This document shows, piece by piece, positions 9,886 to 23,700 of a stretch of 64,000 nucleotides of DNA (the stretch's first letter is position 1; each line of letters opens with the position of its first letter). The notes below the pieces were generated by a model. That model was not told where the DNA came from, ran no database searches, and worked only from the letters and a program-made list of their open reading frames with translations. The position numbers and the translations under genes are program-made. This DNA comes from Schizochytrium sp. TIO01 (Eukaryota > Protista > Bigyra: Labyrinthulomycetes), in NCBI GenBank assembly GCA_004764695.1, contig SMSO01000036.1:1116001-1180000 (forward strand). Reading direction: 5' to 3'.

Positions 9886-11917
9886 GTTGGAGATAGAAAT
9901 GCCGCCCTTTGGCACAGACAGAATGAGTATATATTTAAACTTCTCTCCAGGATATGCGAGATCTTGCGCAAACGCTGAGAGAACCCTAGCCTGCGCAAGA
10001 TAGTTGTACAATCCCGCACACCTCTTCTACCTGATAAAGCAATTACTGAGAGATACACGAGCGCCTCTTTCTGCAGCTTATTATCGTCACGCTAGGATCA
10101 AGCGACTGATATATATCTATATATATGTATATATATATATAAAAAATAAATCTACGCGTATAGAAAATCTATCTGTCGCAGTCTGTCGCAGTTTGGCTGT
10201 TTACAACGGTCCCGGCAGTGTCAAGAACCGTGACCACAATTCTCTCAGCTTTGCGAGAAGCAGCAGAAGCAGGAGCAGCAGAAGAAGATAGAAGAAGTTG
10301 CAACGTACTACCTGAAAGCAAGAACAGGTTGGCTAATTAAAGAGTTCGAAGAAAAGAAGAAGAAGAGTCCGCACTCCGCAGCAAGCACGCCGGCCCGTGT
10401 CGCGAGGCTGAAGATCAAAACAAGCACAGCGGTCTGGCAAGTCCCTACCAGCCAGTGTCTTGGTCAATTATCTTCGCCAGTCCTGTCGCGCTCTGGCAGC
10501 CCGCGAAGACCGCGTTCCCAGGGGAGCCGTCTCTCTCGATTGCTGTTTGTTGACTGATTGTTTCTCCGTTGTTTCTTTTCTCTTTCTTTCCTTTTGATTT
10601 TTCCTCATTTTATAAACAAAGAACTTATTACTTACTAGGTAGTCCTATCTATCTATGCACATCGCACTTCTGCTTTCTTTTCCGAGTACTAAGATGTTAT
10701 CTTCTATCACTACCTAAGTGGTACCTAAGGAGTTTCTATGCTAAGAAGGAAACTATTTTTCTTTTTCGAACTTTTTTAAAATACCATTTGTATATTATAA
10801 GTTATATGCTATACATGCAGTTCTAATTCTTTATCTTACTTTACTTTACTTTACTTTACTTTATTCCATTAAAAAATAAAATAAAAAATGTATCGAGTGC
10901 TATAACTATTTTTTCTATCTTTTCTCGTGATATTGACTTTCTAATTGAATAAAGCAACTTTTCGTTATTAGTCTTACCTTACCAGAAACCTCTTAATCTT
11001 AATATAACTAAGGACTAATACTTCCGTTTCCGTTTATAGAGAATCGCTCGGCAGCTTTCTTTCTTTCTCCCTCCCCTCTTCTTTCTAGGTACGCCTCGAA
11101 GGAAGATCTCCTTCAATGCCAAACGGGAAACCCCTTCGAAGCCGTCTTTGTCGCGTGCTTTAGGCTCCCAAGAGCGGCCTGAGCTGAGTCCCGCTGCGTC
11201 TCAGTAGCTCCACTCCGAATATCTCCACTGCTCCCCCTTCGATGCCTTAAGTTCTTCGAGCTTTTCCGCCTCACTTGCTTAACTAACCAACTAACCTCTT
11301 TACTTTGCGCTACCGCAACGGCTACAGTTTACGGTAGCAGACCCCTACCAGGGCGCTGTTTCTCGTCTTTTTATTTCTCTCTTCATTTCTCTGAAAAGAT
11401 TATTTTGTATTGATGAGCGACGGAACTTTATGGATAATGATTGATGTTGCAAATCAATAATCAACAATCATACATTTACTTCTTTCGAGGCTGTTCAAGC
11501 TGAGACGAACGTGGTCGAAGACGGCGCAGGGGATGAGCGAAGCAACGGATGAGGGCTCTCGAAAGGTTTCCGAATAGACTTCAGGTTTGTTTGTCTTCAC
11601 GGTGGACGGATGGGTTGAACGATTGACTGACTGTGAGCCTCGCATCCTGAAGCTAGCTGCCTCTCTGCTATTAATTAATAGGGTAATCAATCACATTACA
11701 TCAATCAACACGTCAATACGCAGCTGGGGCGAATGATGTCCCGTGCCTTCTGAATGTGTACTCGTTTATGGGGCAAAGCTGCCTCGAAGAAGTCAATTAA
11801 CTAATTTGGGACTCGTGGTTCATGAGTTATAAACCATGAGCTGCAATTTGGGATTCGCGATTTCTACTTCAGGATTCGTGATTCGCGATTCGTGAGTCGT
11901 GAGTCACAATTGAGGAT

Positions 11918-11919
11918 TT

Positions 11920-12005
<86 letters not shown>
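11918..12005. repeat. (TTTC)n microsatellite, about 22 units
   Basis: Directly visible; preceded by a degenerate 7-mer tandem (GATTCGT-like x5, about 11873-11907). Confidence 0.97.
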
Positions 12006-12008
<3 letters not shown>

Positions 12009-13706
12009 GTCTCACTCCTTTATTGAACTTGAGGAAAAGCCCGAGAAGAAACTTTCTTTTCTCTCCCTTTTAGAAGAATATAGTTTTATTTTTAAAATGT
12101 ATATATAATATGAAAGACATTGGCAAGTTTGACAAACAGATGCCCAAATAAAGCAAATAAGATAGCGGTATGAATGTACCTACCCATGAGCTTTCTTCGC
12201 AAGCTATCACAGCGGTTCAAAGCTGAGCAGACAATTAAAATGACGGCTAGAGACTCGGATAACCTCAATTTATCGAGGCCGAAAAGATAAACACTTAAGT
12301 GCGAAACGTTCGCAACATATCATCGATCATGATCAGGACACCCTTCTAAGACAAATCTATCCCTTGTTAGGCGAAAGTGGGCTTGCCATTTTCCTTTCAA
12401 TCTTTCCGTTTAACAACTCTATTATTAATTTAAAGAGACAATACATCATAATAGAAATAAAACGCATTTAGAGATTCATAGGGTTAGTTTACTGTACTGT
12501 TATGGATCGTGCACAGACTTTTATTTTCTTTTTCTTTTTTTCTTCTTTGGGGTTCTTTTTCTCTCCTCTCTTTCAACTTTTTTTTTTTTTTTTTTTTAAA
12601 TAATAAATATATGTACATATAAGTATATCATTACTTTGGCCACCTGCTATTCTACCTTACCAGACATAGCGTATTACATATATAATAACAAATTAATTGT
12701 TTTGGTCTGGTAAGGAATCTGTAGCAACGGTTCTCAGCTTCGGTTTTTTTGTTTCCCTTTTCCCGTAGCTGAGTCCTATCAGAAGTGCGCACTTTCTACT
12801 CTATTCATTCAATTTTACTGTATCATTGTACTCCTTTTGTTGATGTCGCTGTCCTTATAAATAACTTATGATTAGATGTAGAAAAAATAGGGAATGCCTA
12901 AGTGGAGATGGAGATTGTCATTCATGAGGCTGTCTTTGTATAACATGGAACTTGCGGGGTGTATCAATTCGATATCGTAGAATCTAATGTCTCCACGCTC
13001 AAAAGCTCGAACTGCTCACGTGTTGATGAGCATTCTTATTTCTTCTGTATGATCTTTACATTGCTCGATCTGCGGAAGAAGGAGGCCCTGAAGTCAGCAC
13101 TGTAGTACCATCTTTCGATGAAACTGGTCTCCATCTTGGACTTATGACGTGCTGGACTTTCACTTTGTTCGACGACTTGGTGGGCAAGCCAACTGAATCT
13201 AAGACAAGCTTTCGACACCTCTATTGGCCATCGATGATGAGCACCAACACCTGGTAGCATGCAATTTTGATTCCATTTAACGCGAGCTGGGCTCATCTGG
13301 AGGCACGCCACAGCAACCATTAAACTTTTAAAACGCGTAACGACTTGCAGAACATATTTATGAGAGCGGTGTCTGCCTGAGACTCAGGTCTCTCAGTGTT
13401 CATTGATGGATCTAAATGAAGATCATGAACTGTCATGAGTTGAGCAACTGGTAAAGGTACCACCAGAATCTTGGTGATAGAGTCGTCTTGCAGTGTTCAG
13501 GCAACCGAATTTACAAACTGGAGTTGTGCGGGTTATTGTTTCAAGATTATCTTGGCGCGTTCTTCAAGTTAGAACGTGCTTTTAGCGCTGATTTAAAGCT
13601 CAACAACCACTACCTGAGCTGGAAAGTCACTTGAGGGAGTGCAATGTGTGAACAAATTCAATCTTCCTGCCTTGTTCCATTCTTGGCTTAGTAGTGCTCT
13701 AGTGAA

Positions 13707-14544
13707 CTAAACTGCAGATGTATTGTAGTATCTCTGACCCGGTTTCATGGTGTCATTGACTGGCTCAGCATATGCAGTCACAACAACTTGAGGTGTGGGT
13801 CCACTCTGAGGATACATATGTGGAGCTACTCCTTGTGGATGTCCGTGTGAAGGTTCGTTATGAGCATACATAGGTGGAGCCGCTTGCGGATATCCTTGGG
13901 CCGAAACTGCTGTCATTACAGGAGCCGCCATTGCAGGGGTATAAACTGCGGTAACCCCAGTTGTGACAGGTGTATAAGAGGACAATCCCTGGACGGGGCG
14001 AACTCGAATGTTGCAAATTTTGTTCTTTCGACCAATGTGAACAATCTCAAATTGAAGCATAGGATGTTGGACCCGGAGCTCGGGAACGAGTGATATGCTT
14101 AGCGTTTGAAATACTCTATCCACGAGCTCTGAGCTAAGCTTGGTAATATTTAGTGAGGTTTGAATCATGAACTACTAGACTCAAAATAAATACTCCAATA
14201 AATGCAACCCCAAAACCCATTACACTATAGTTTTCTGTGGTTCCTCCTAGGATTGTGCATAAAAAACCAATTAAGAACCCTAACGTGATTGTGAACATGC
14301 ACAGGTAAATTCGCCTGTGAGCTTGGGATATTATTTTGCGAATCCCAAAAGTTTGTTCTCCGTTGACCACCATATCTATCGACCGTCGAATACTTGACCA
14401 CTCTGCCTCATTAAGGCAGCCAGCAAATTTATGTGGAAAACGAGCTGGGAGTATCACGCGATTTCCACATGGTTCGAGGTTCGAAGGAATCTCAAAATCA
14501 TACTTAAGTTGTCTTTTTCTGCCAAAGATCCCCATGATCTCCAA
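13707..14544 (-). pseudogene. Frameshifted small membrane-protein gene (two TM helices, Pro/Tyr/Gln-rich tail; weakly Erf4/GOLGA7-like N-terminus); pseudogene or sequencing error
   Basis: Overlapping ORFs 14134-14544 and 13707-14168 join into one plausible protein if an indel is placed near 14170 (…ILSLVV / MIQTSLNITKL…). Confidence 0.55.
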
Positions 14545-15099
14545 TATTGAAATACCCAGCTGGATTCAATTTAATTTAACTCAAGACTACCTCTGCAATA
14601 GTCTCAAAGAATTCTACTTGCAAATTCTCGCTTCTCTCAAAACATGAAACTAAAAACTCAGCTCAAGGAGTCTTCCTTGCAATCGAAAGCCTCAAGACTT
14701 ATGACGAAATACTACAGGGTAGATTCTCAGCCACACTATGCCGTAGCCCTAGTAGAGTAGAGTTTGCTGACGCAAAGCCCACAACTAGAAAATCGATTTT
14801 GCTGACCCCGCAATCAATGAACTATCTTGCAAGATGTCTGCCTCCGCTCTTATTAGCGCTTCAATTACTACTGCTATGGCCTAAGTCGATGTAGTTGTTC
14901 AGAGGAGCCAAACAGAGGTCGCCACTGTCCGCCTTCGGGTGTTGTCACTTCGGTTCGTGCATCTGCGATCACCGCAAAAGGAGAGAATTGGGACACGAAA
15001 CTTGCACAAAACACAAAGTAAACATTTCAGTTGTTTTAAATGCACCTACTACTGACCACTGACTTACCCAAAAAGACTAATTGATGTTCATTTAGAGCT

Positions 15100-15790
15100 T
15101 GAATGAAGCTACTAATGGCTGGAGTCATCGGGGACCATATCCAGCTTCGAAAGTTTCAGGCAGTAGTATTTGTACAAGTCATTGATTATGTGCCAAATCC
15201 AGCAGATTGTGCGATTGGTCCAACATATGGAGCGGTTTCATTGAAAACTTCTCCAAAACTTGTTTTATCCTATCATGAATCGCACATAGAAGGTATTGCA
15301 CATTTATTGTAGTCCTTCTATAGGATTTACTGTCCCTACTTAATAGTACCCATTACGAGAAAGTTTTGTGTTTTCTGAATTAGTTCTATAATCTTGTATG
15401 AGCAGCCAGCTTGTCAGACGCATATAGTCTTTTCGTACCGTAGTCAGCAATTCTACGAATAAAGTATGAAATTTCGCAGTGCAACGTCACGGTGTGCAAC
15501 TTGAAGCGTTGTTCATAAAAACGCTCATCTTCCTCTGAGTTAATATTTATCAATACTCACTCTGCTTTGATTGACGGGGTAATCCATAATCGAAAAACAA
15601 AGATATCCAAACTCGGTACCTTGATGCTCTTTATCTCTGCGACTAACGTGGGGAGTAACATCATTACACGAAGTCCTGGGGGTGATCAGCTAAAAGCACA
15701 GGTCTCAATAACTTCGTTAAGAAGCTTTCGAAGGTGCATCGTGCATCCTTTTGTGGTAGTTATTCTACGCCTATGAAGTAGTATATAGGT
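15100..15790 (-). pseudogene. Decayed tyrosine-kinase-like relic
   Basis: Minus strand 15500-15462 reads VAHRDVALRNFIL (catalytic loop). After a frameshift it reads RIADYG (DFG equivalent), and further on FGEVFNETAPY. Multiple stops and frameshifts; boundaries approximate. Confidence 0.55.
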
Positions 15791-17874
15791 ACCTACACTA
15801 CCTAATATCATGACATCCTTGCCTCTCACCACTCATAAGCAATAATATGCTAACTTGGAGACAAAACTCAAGCCAAAACAATCGCTCATTGGCACTCTTA
15901 TAGGTTTCAGGAAGCGTAAGGATCTCATTGTATCCCGTGGTCGCCTTGAAGTTTATTTGTGCAAGAAGATCACATTTTTGCAGAAAAAGCTCCAGCATTA
16001 TGATATATCAATGACTCGCGAAGTCTGAGAATTGGCCCTGACAACCGGTTTCGTGTGCACTAGCAGTATGTATACTGATCTAGTCTAGCTAGCTAGCCAT
16101 AGTTTCTCGAGAGAGGTTGTCTGCACCCGCTCCGCTGTCTCTTACAGAAGCAAACTTGGAGGAAGAAGTATTGTTAGATGTCAGTCTCAAAACCAAATCG
16201 ACGTCAACTTTAGAGGACTTGTTAGTAATCTAGGAGCTGCACTGCATGAGTCAACGCTATTGCATCCTAGTGAGCGCCTTTTCTTCTTGCAACGGGGCTA
16301 ACTCGCAGGGAGAATTGAAGCATCAGCCGAGCAAATACAATGCTCAGGGTTTCGAATCGCCACGCTTTTAATTGTTTGAGGAATGTGTGAGAATAATCAA
16401 TGAGACTTTCTCAACATGCTCGGAAGTTCCGTCCAAACTTTCCTGCGGACAGATGATAGCCACTGCGCACACGAACTATCACACACCTTGCGGACCACTT
16501 GATCTGCACGGATTGTTTGGCAGGATCTACTATCTCCATAACATTTTGGCAATTGTAGAAGAGTTCCAACGGCAAGACCGGTCATCAAAACTCGAAGGAG
16601 ACGAATCAGAAAAGTGGTTCACATGAACGGTAAAGGCCTAAGATTAAGGATCTTCTGCAGCAAGTTCTAGGATTGCACGATAAAAACAAGTTATCCTATT
16701 TCTTTTATGCGCACATGCGCATGCATGCACCCACCCACACTATAACCTTTGCTAGAGTAAACCATAAAAGAAGCACGCTTTGGATCGCACACATTTGGTA
16801 CCTAGTCTTCACAAGAAACTGGAAACTATCTCGATCTAGTAAACTGAAACTGCTACAGTCGCGGCCTTCAAGTTGCCAATTGGCTCATAACTGGGGTCCT
16901 GGCCATGTCAAAGGACACAAGAAGAGCTGCAGCTACTGATTGGATTTAGCGCAGCGAGCGAACTCTGGTGGTGCGTGGTCAGTAAATCAAGATTTTTGTG
17001 ATGCCCAGCACTGACTGATGTAGCTAACTTCAAGCAGAGTGCCAATCGGATCAATGATGAAAACAATTGATTTGGAAGTGTGTCTCACCATTATGGTCAA
17101 CAAGGTTGGCTTTTGCTATTGGACTGTAAGAAAGGGTTTGGAGCCTACAGTTTGCACAAAGAATACTGGTAGGCCTAGTGCTGCGATGACGATTCCAGCA
17201 GACCCGAAATTGAATTGAGGTGCCGCTAACTAGCATTTCAATTGACGTCGGATTCAATTGATTTACAAAACTTGGGAAGCAACTACTGCAAAGGAGGTGG
17301 GTCTACACTGTACCATCTCATATTCCAAAGGTCTCAGCTGCAGTGGTCCCTGACGAGAGCTCGAGCAGTGGCAGCCAGCAGGAACAGTCTTTGCGATTAA
17401 CTTCAAGGCTCTGTAGTGCTGGCTTATTGGTATTACTTCTTTTGCCACCTAATCAGGACAAGTTGAAGAAGACGAAAGAACCACATTCTCGCGAACTGCA
17501 AGACCACCAAGAACCGATTCTCCAGGGAGATTACAAAACTCGCAATCTTATCTGGCCCGTGCTTAGAAGTGCATATCGCTGGCTTGCTGAATAGCGCTTC
17601 CAGTTTTCTCCAAGTGCAAGAAGACCATTGAAACTCTGTCATTTAAGGCATCCATTCACTAATCCATCGCACATCATTGCTGAGAGTAAATTTGCACCAT
17701 TTTCTGTGCACAGTTTCGTCCCACGGTACCCAGCCATAAAGAAGTACCGAACCAGATTATAGGACCAATATATTCTCTCTTTATCCTGTTTGACTTGAAT
17801 ATTGTGGTGGGGTATTAAAAGAGTTTATCGAAAGCGCGTGCGCGTGTGCACATAGGAGTTGTATATGAACAAAT

Positions 17875-20418
17875 ATGCACGTGCGAAAAAAAGCTCGCAA
17901 AGAGTCTTCAAATACATCCCCCCAGACCTATGAGGAATTTCCGCCAAGCGCTCGTGCAGAGCCCAATCCCGCACGTTCTGCTTCGCTTGAGGCCAACGTC
18001 ACGTGTTACCGGAAGCCGCGGGCCTTGCCCACGCTCCATTGCAAAGCCTCGTGCGGTCTCAAAGCTTCGGGCCTCTTTGCTGGACTTGAGAACGGAAGTA
18101 AACGCACGAGCCAGCCGTCTGAGGCGCTTGCACGTGCACAAGTAGAAGAGGAGAAGGAACAAGAAGAAGACGACAGCGAGGCAGCTGCGAAGCAAGTCTG
18201 TGGAAAGAAGAGTACCCCACGAAGCAGACGCTCCACAGGAAATACTTCTGCGGAGAAGAGTATCCGCAAAAGTCAAAACTCTAGAAATAGGCGAAGTGTA
18301 GAGCCAAGATCTCCCTTGAAACGAGGCCGCACTTGTAGTCGAGAAGAGCCCAGAGATAGGCGAGAAGAGCCCAAGGTTAGATCAAAAGGAGACTCTGAAG
18401 CGTATTGGAAAAGCATAGAACGTCATTACCGACCCAAATTTCAGACCATTTTACCCAAGATGGATTTGCGAATGTCACTCAGCGAGCTCAGTATTCTTGA
18501 TGATGAGGCGGATGCTGGAGCCCTAAGCCTGCTTCCTCTGAGCGTAAACACCGTACCAGGAGGAAACAGCGTAAGTGATAAGCGAAGCCGTGTACGCAAG
18601 GAATATTCCGGGCGCTCAAGCAGGTTCTTGAATGAAGAGGTTATCGGCAAGCAAAAATTACGTGGACCTTCTGGAGCACATCTCCCTCTGGAACAGCAAA
18701 CTCGCGAGATCCATGTATTGGAGAGCCTCCAGCACCCAGAAAATAAAACTGAAACCGAGATCTTACGATCAGTCTCCGCATCTTCATCAGTTTCTTCAGC
18801 GACGTCTACAGAACTTTCGCAGGGATTGCAGCAGCATGATGACAGAAATGACCCTCGAAGGCCACAATACTGGACCCCTGAAGAGGACGCTGCGTTGAAG
18901 GCTGCCGTTGAACGCTTTGGTGACAAGTCTTGGAAAAATATTGCAGCTTCAGTGCCTGGGCGTACCTCCACGCAATGTATTCAGCGCTGGAAAAAGGTAC
19001 TTAAGCCCGGCCTAAAGAAGGGTCACTGGGCTACGGAGGAGGACGAGTTACTCGTTGCTGGCGTACGAGCTCAAATGGCACGCAACGTGAAGAGGCTCAA
19101 TTGGAGTGAAGTCTCCAAGACAATTCCCATGCGTTCCTGTAAACAGTGCCGTGAACGTTGGGTTAACCATTTGAACCCAGATGTCAATAAGGGTGTTTGG
19201 ACCCCCGAGGAAGATCAGCGTCTCTGGGCGTTGCAGGAACTTGCACCGCGTAAGTGGGCCAAAATTGCTCGTCAAATCCCTGGTAGAACAGAGAACATGG
19301 TTAAGGTTCGCTGGAATATCCTTAATCGCGCACAACAAAAAGGGGACGACCCAGACGGAGGCCCTCCTATGCTCCACGCGCCGTTTGTGTCCCCTTCGAT
19401 GGGCGATCTTTCACCTTCAGATGTTAGCAGCAGTGTTCGCACTGACACAACGCTGGGACCCTCTGCGCACATCAAGACAGAAATGTATACCTCAGATCAG
19501 AAGAAGACATTAGCTTCTCAAGCTTCCTTTGCGACACCTGCTTTACAATCGAACGGACCACTTCACCCTCACGAACGCTTACAAAACAACTTTGCAATCA
19601 AACGCGAGTCACAGAATATCAACGCTTCCAGTAACACTATCAACAACAGGCCTATGACCTCCGCAGACCCCTCTGCATCTGATCACCTTGATGACTGTAA
19701 TTTCGACGGTGTTGACTGGGAGAGTGACTTGTTACGTCCCATGGATTTTGACCCGGCAACTGCTTTCCAGAACTCAGCAAACCCCATGCCATACGCTCAA
19801 GTACCGCCCCACATTCACTCTTCAGCGCCCCAACCGTACTCCTCAGCTCCTAGTGAGCTTGCAAGCCACGGAAACAACTACGCGCCTAGGCCAGGTTCGA
19901 GTACATCTGATTTTGGCAGCGCAAATAATCTTGATGAGCTTGGACTCAGTCACCTTGATTTTGCCGAATTTGACAATACTACTCCTTCTAGTTTGAATTC
20001 TGCTGTCCCAACGCAGCAAGCCAAGGTTATTGCCCCGGTGGGTGGCACAAGTACCTCAAAACCGCCCAATTCTTTTCAACGGGGAGGATACGGATCGGCA
20101 CCTTCAACAGCCTTACCTCCACCTTCCTTCACTGCTTCGGGATCTCGTCGTGCTCCTATCCCACAACTCCGTACCTCCACCAGTGCACCCCTCTACAATG
20201 CTGCCTCTACAAAGGATATGTATCAAGGGAAGTCAAATACCAGTGCAGCTGGTTCAAATGCACCAACGTTCCGGCGTTCGATTAGTGACTTCAAGGCTTC
20301 TCTCCCGCCCGGAAATGGTGATATTCTCGAGACGGTTCCTGCAACCTTTGACGATCTTGGCGTTGATGATCTTGCACTATCTAGGGAACTTCATGAGCTA
20401 TATGCCCCTGATCATTGA
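17875..20418 (+). CDS. Three-repeat (R1R2R3) MYB transcription factor
   Basis: Three tandem Myb repeats: WTPEED...GRTSTQCIQRW, GHWATEED...RSCKQCRERWVNHLNP, GVWTPEED...GRTENMVKVRW. Start codon uncertain. Confidence 0.92.
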   Translation: MHVRKKARKESSNTSPQTYEEFPPSARAEPNPARSASLEANVTCYRKPRALPTLHCKASCGLKASGLFAGLENGSKRTSQPSEALARAQVEEEKEQEEDDSEAAAKQVCGKKSTPRSRRSTGNTSAEKSIRKSQNSRNRRSVEPRSPLKRGRTCSREEPRDRREEPKVRSKGDSEAYWKSIERHYRPKFQTILPKMDLRMSLSELSILDDEADAGALSLLPLSVNTVPGGNSVSDKRSRVRKEYSGRSSRFLNEEVIGKQKLRGPSGAHLPLEQQTREIHVLESLQHPENKTETEILRSVSASSSVSSATSTELSQGLQQHDDRNDPRRPQYWTPEEDAALKAAVERFGDKSWKNIAASVPGRTSTQCIQRWKKVLKPGLKKGHWATEEDELLVAGVRAQMARNVKRLNWSEVSKTIPMRSCKQCRERWVNHLNPDVNKGVWTPEEDQRLWALQELAPRKWAKIARQIPGRTENMVKVRWNILNRAQQKGDDPDGGPPMLHAPFVSPSMGDLSPSDVSSSVRTDTTLGPSAHIKTEMYTSDQKKTLASQASFATPALQSNGPLHPHERLQNNFAIKRESQNINASSNTINNRPMTSADPSASDHLDDCNFDGVDWESDLLRPMDFDPATAFQNSANPMPYAQVPPHIHSSAPQPYSSAPSELASHGNNYAPRPGSSTSDFGSANNLDELGLSHLDFAEFDNTTPSSLNSAVPTQQAKVIAPVGGTSTSKPPNSFQRGGYGSAPSTALPPPSFTASGSRRAPIPQLRTSTSAPLYNAASTKDMYQGKSNTSAAGSNAPTFRRSISDFKASLPPGNGDILETVPATFDDLGVDDLALSRELHELYAPDH

Positions 20419-20727
20419 ATTTCTTTCTTATGACTTATATAATCTTAGTAGTGCACGGATCATCTTGCAAATAGAATGAACAGGACTTGCTCAAGCGAAA
20501 AAAAAATGCAAGATATGAATGTCTTTATGAAAATATATACCTATCATGATGTTGCAAACCTTTATGTGACGTGATACTCATCTTGCTTTGGAAAAAGAAA
20601 CAGAAGAAAATAATTGATTTCTCTCAAGTTCTTCGTACACATGGTTTTCTAGTGGTATCTTCTCTTCTCCATCTCTTCTTCTCTCTTAGTGACTAAAAAT
20701 AGCACCTCAAATGGATCATTTTCTCGC

Positions 20728-23700
20728 TTAGATAGTCTTTAACAAACTGCACAGGTTCTCTGCGGGGTTCTCTTGAAACACGCCGATACGGATCTCGAAG
20801 AGTTGGCGAATACCCTTCAGCAGGGAATCATCGATGTTCTCTACAGAAAAGTTTGCTCCAAGTGCATCTAAAGCTCGCTGCAGAGTCTCGTTTCGTGATG
20901 AATACTCGCGTTCCTCATTATCTGCATCAAGATGCATGTCCTGTTTAGCAGCAGATTCAAGACGAGCAAGATCGTCACGCAAACGAACTATATCAGCAAG
21001 CATGATATTCTTACGTATTGTCTTTTTGCTGCCTGGGCGTAGCAGCAAAAGCTCCAGACTATCAGGCTTTTTAATATGTTTTAGCCATTGTAAAGCAATA
21101 AACTCACTCGAGCTTTCCGAAACTTGCTCATCAGAAACTGTTTCATCGCTGCCGTTATTCTCAAAATCACTAGTCTCGTCAAAAACGGGTACTGAACCAG
21201 GCACTTCATTGACTGGCATGACGAATTTGCTTTTAAAGTCTGCAAGAAGTGATTCAAAGTATTGGTACAAGGCGCGCACACGTTCATAGCGATCCAAGTC
21301 GAAACCAATTGTTCTCGCAAAAATTTCACGTTGAAGGCGGCTTAGAAGGCCACGGACACCAAGATCGCTTGCTAATTGGTCATGAAAGTAAAGGCTCATT
21401 TCGGACTTGCGCCGGTCAGCTTCTGCCTCAAGATTTACACTTGATGCAAACTCCATTAGTTTAGAATCCAGCGCTTGCAGCGCAGTTCCAAATCGAACAG
21501 CAGCACGAAGCCAATCTTTCGATGCAGTCATGGCACCTATTTTTGCACAAGCTTTCCTTCCTACTTCCAACGAGGTGCCTTGCGCGTCGCAAGACATTTT
21601 TGCACACTCCAAAAGTTGGTGTAAGTTAGGAACTTTTGATCCCAGTAAGGCCCGCGCCTGCATCCATTTGATTGGAATGAGTGAAGTTGATGCCACCTCC
21701 AACGCTTTTCGAAAGGCCTCTGTAGAGTCACACTCTTCCCCATATGAACAACCGAGTACACTATAGGCAACGATGAGTTGAGAATACAGAGTTCGTCTTG
21801 TACGCGGTATCAGTTCTTGAGGCTCAAAGTATCCGATCGCGGTGAGGGCATCTTCAGCGGCTTGAAAGGCTAGATGTAAAGCAGTGGGATCCTTAGAAGG
21901 GATATCTGTAGTGGCGTTTCCGGGTGACTGGTGTTCAAAACGACGCCACGCTTCCAAGGTTTGTTCAGCCAACAACTCACTTTTCATAAATGTGAGATCT
22001 CGTGCATGCGCGGACATCCGCACAGCCTCCATTGAAGCTTCATAAGCCTGGCGAGGACTTCCAATGCGAGCCAATGCCTCAGCTTTTCTGTAATGCACCT
22101 CTCGAAAAAGATCATCTTCATTATTTGAATGACAATCGTGTGCAAGTACATCACAAACCTCAATAGTACTCTCTGAAGAGCCTAAGAGCTCAGCAGCACG
22201 CAAAAGGTTATATCTCAAGAGCAACCAATGGCGAATCTCGCGGTTACTTCCAATGCGAGACTCCTCAGAGCAAAGCCAAGACAATTCTGTCTGGCTTCGA
22301 AGAGTTTTGTAAGAAGCGCTGATAAAGCTAATACACTGTTGCAGAGATCCATTCAGAAGAAGAATTTCGCTCACGCATAATTGCTCACATAGCTGAAAAT
22401 TTTGTACCTGAGCAAGCAAAGGGTCGCCTGGCCCATCTGTTGTCTCCGTTGCTACTTCATTGTTATTGTCCCCTGTTATATTTGGACAAACAAGCCTAAG
22501 TGCTAATAGCAAAAGTTCCTCCCGATTAGGGCCAGCTTCCTCTGTTTCGTTATTACTAAACTCAACTGATTCACTTGGAGACCAAAAACGGAGTGCTTGA
22601 CATAGAAGTTTTACCTTGCAAAGCTTAAAATCAAGCATTAAATCCGAGCCCATCATATGGGCAATCCAGGGTAGAGGTTCCGCGGCAAAACCATCGTCTT
22701 TTACCAAAGTCTTAAGACCAGTCCGATTGATTGCAGCCCACGGAGCATCAGTATTGCTTAAGGTAAAGACTGATTTCTGTAAGGCCAAACGCTCATGGAA
22801 TGTATGGTAAAGCTCATTGGGATCAAATACTTCATTTCCTCCACTTCCCTCTAAACTTGTTCTCGAAATCTCCACGGAAGCAAGAACTAGATCTTCCAAT
22901 TCAGGTAAGAAATGTCCCCCAAAAAGAACTTCTCGGAGGGCGAATCCTGCTTCACTAATGAGACCCAGGCTTGTCAAGGCAGTTGCCCTGATTAAAAACG
23001 AATCTATAATAGCATGCGCCGAAAAACACCACTTTCGAGCTGCGTACTCATAAAGGCAAATGATTGGAAGAGACAAAAGTTGATCTGCTTGACGCGTACT
23101 TTGGGCAAGCTCCTGGCTTACAAACTGCAACGCTTGCATGATGTCTGGTTTTCTCAGTGCTTGGAAGTTAAGCAAGACGTTGTCTAGATTAGGCATTAGC
23201 TCTTCGACCTGCAAGACAGCAAAATCGCATGTACGCGTTGGGTGAGTGATACTTCCACCAAACAAGCTTGCAAATAACCACCCAGCAAGTCTAACTCTTT
23301 CTTGTGCCCAGCTCAAATCACCAGTTCCGAGATACATGGCAAGTTTAGTCGAGCAGAGAGCTGCAATGACGCATCCTCGCACTCCAAATTTGGCTAAGAT
23401 CGATTGGCTTGGCAAAAGCTCTGCGGAAGTATAAAAGTTGTCATAACAAGACCACTTTGTTTCTGTGCTTGGAAATTCCTTTACAATTCCCTCCAGAATA
23501 GAGCGCCAGTCTTTAATACTATCAACTTCATGAAGAACTGCATCAACTGCATCACTCCAAGAAGCCTTTGCATCATTCCATCCTGACTTTCCTCCTTGAG
23601 CAGCTTGAAGATTGCCAAGTTCAAGTAAAGCTTGTGCTAGCAATGCAGACTCTTGCTTTTGTCGCATCATTTCTACTGCCTTAACATAGGCCTTAACAGC

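Noticed and set aside
16100-17700. Possible decayed coding sequence or transposon upstream of MYB
   Set aside because: Coding-like composition but no motif I could assign; left uncalled.
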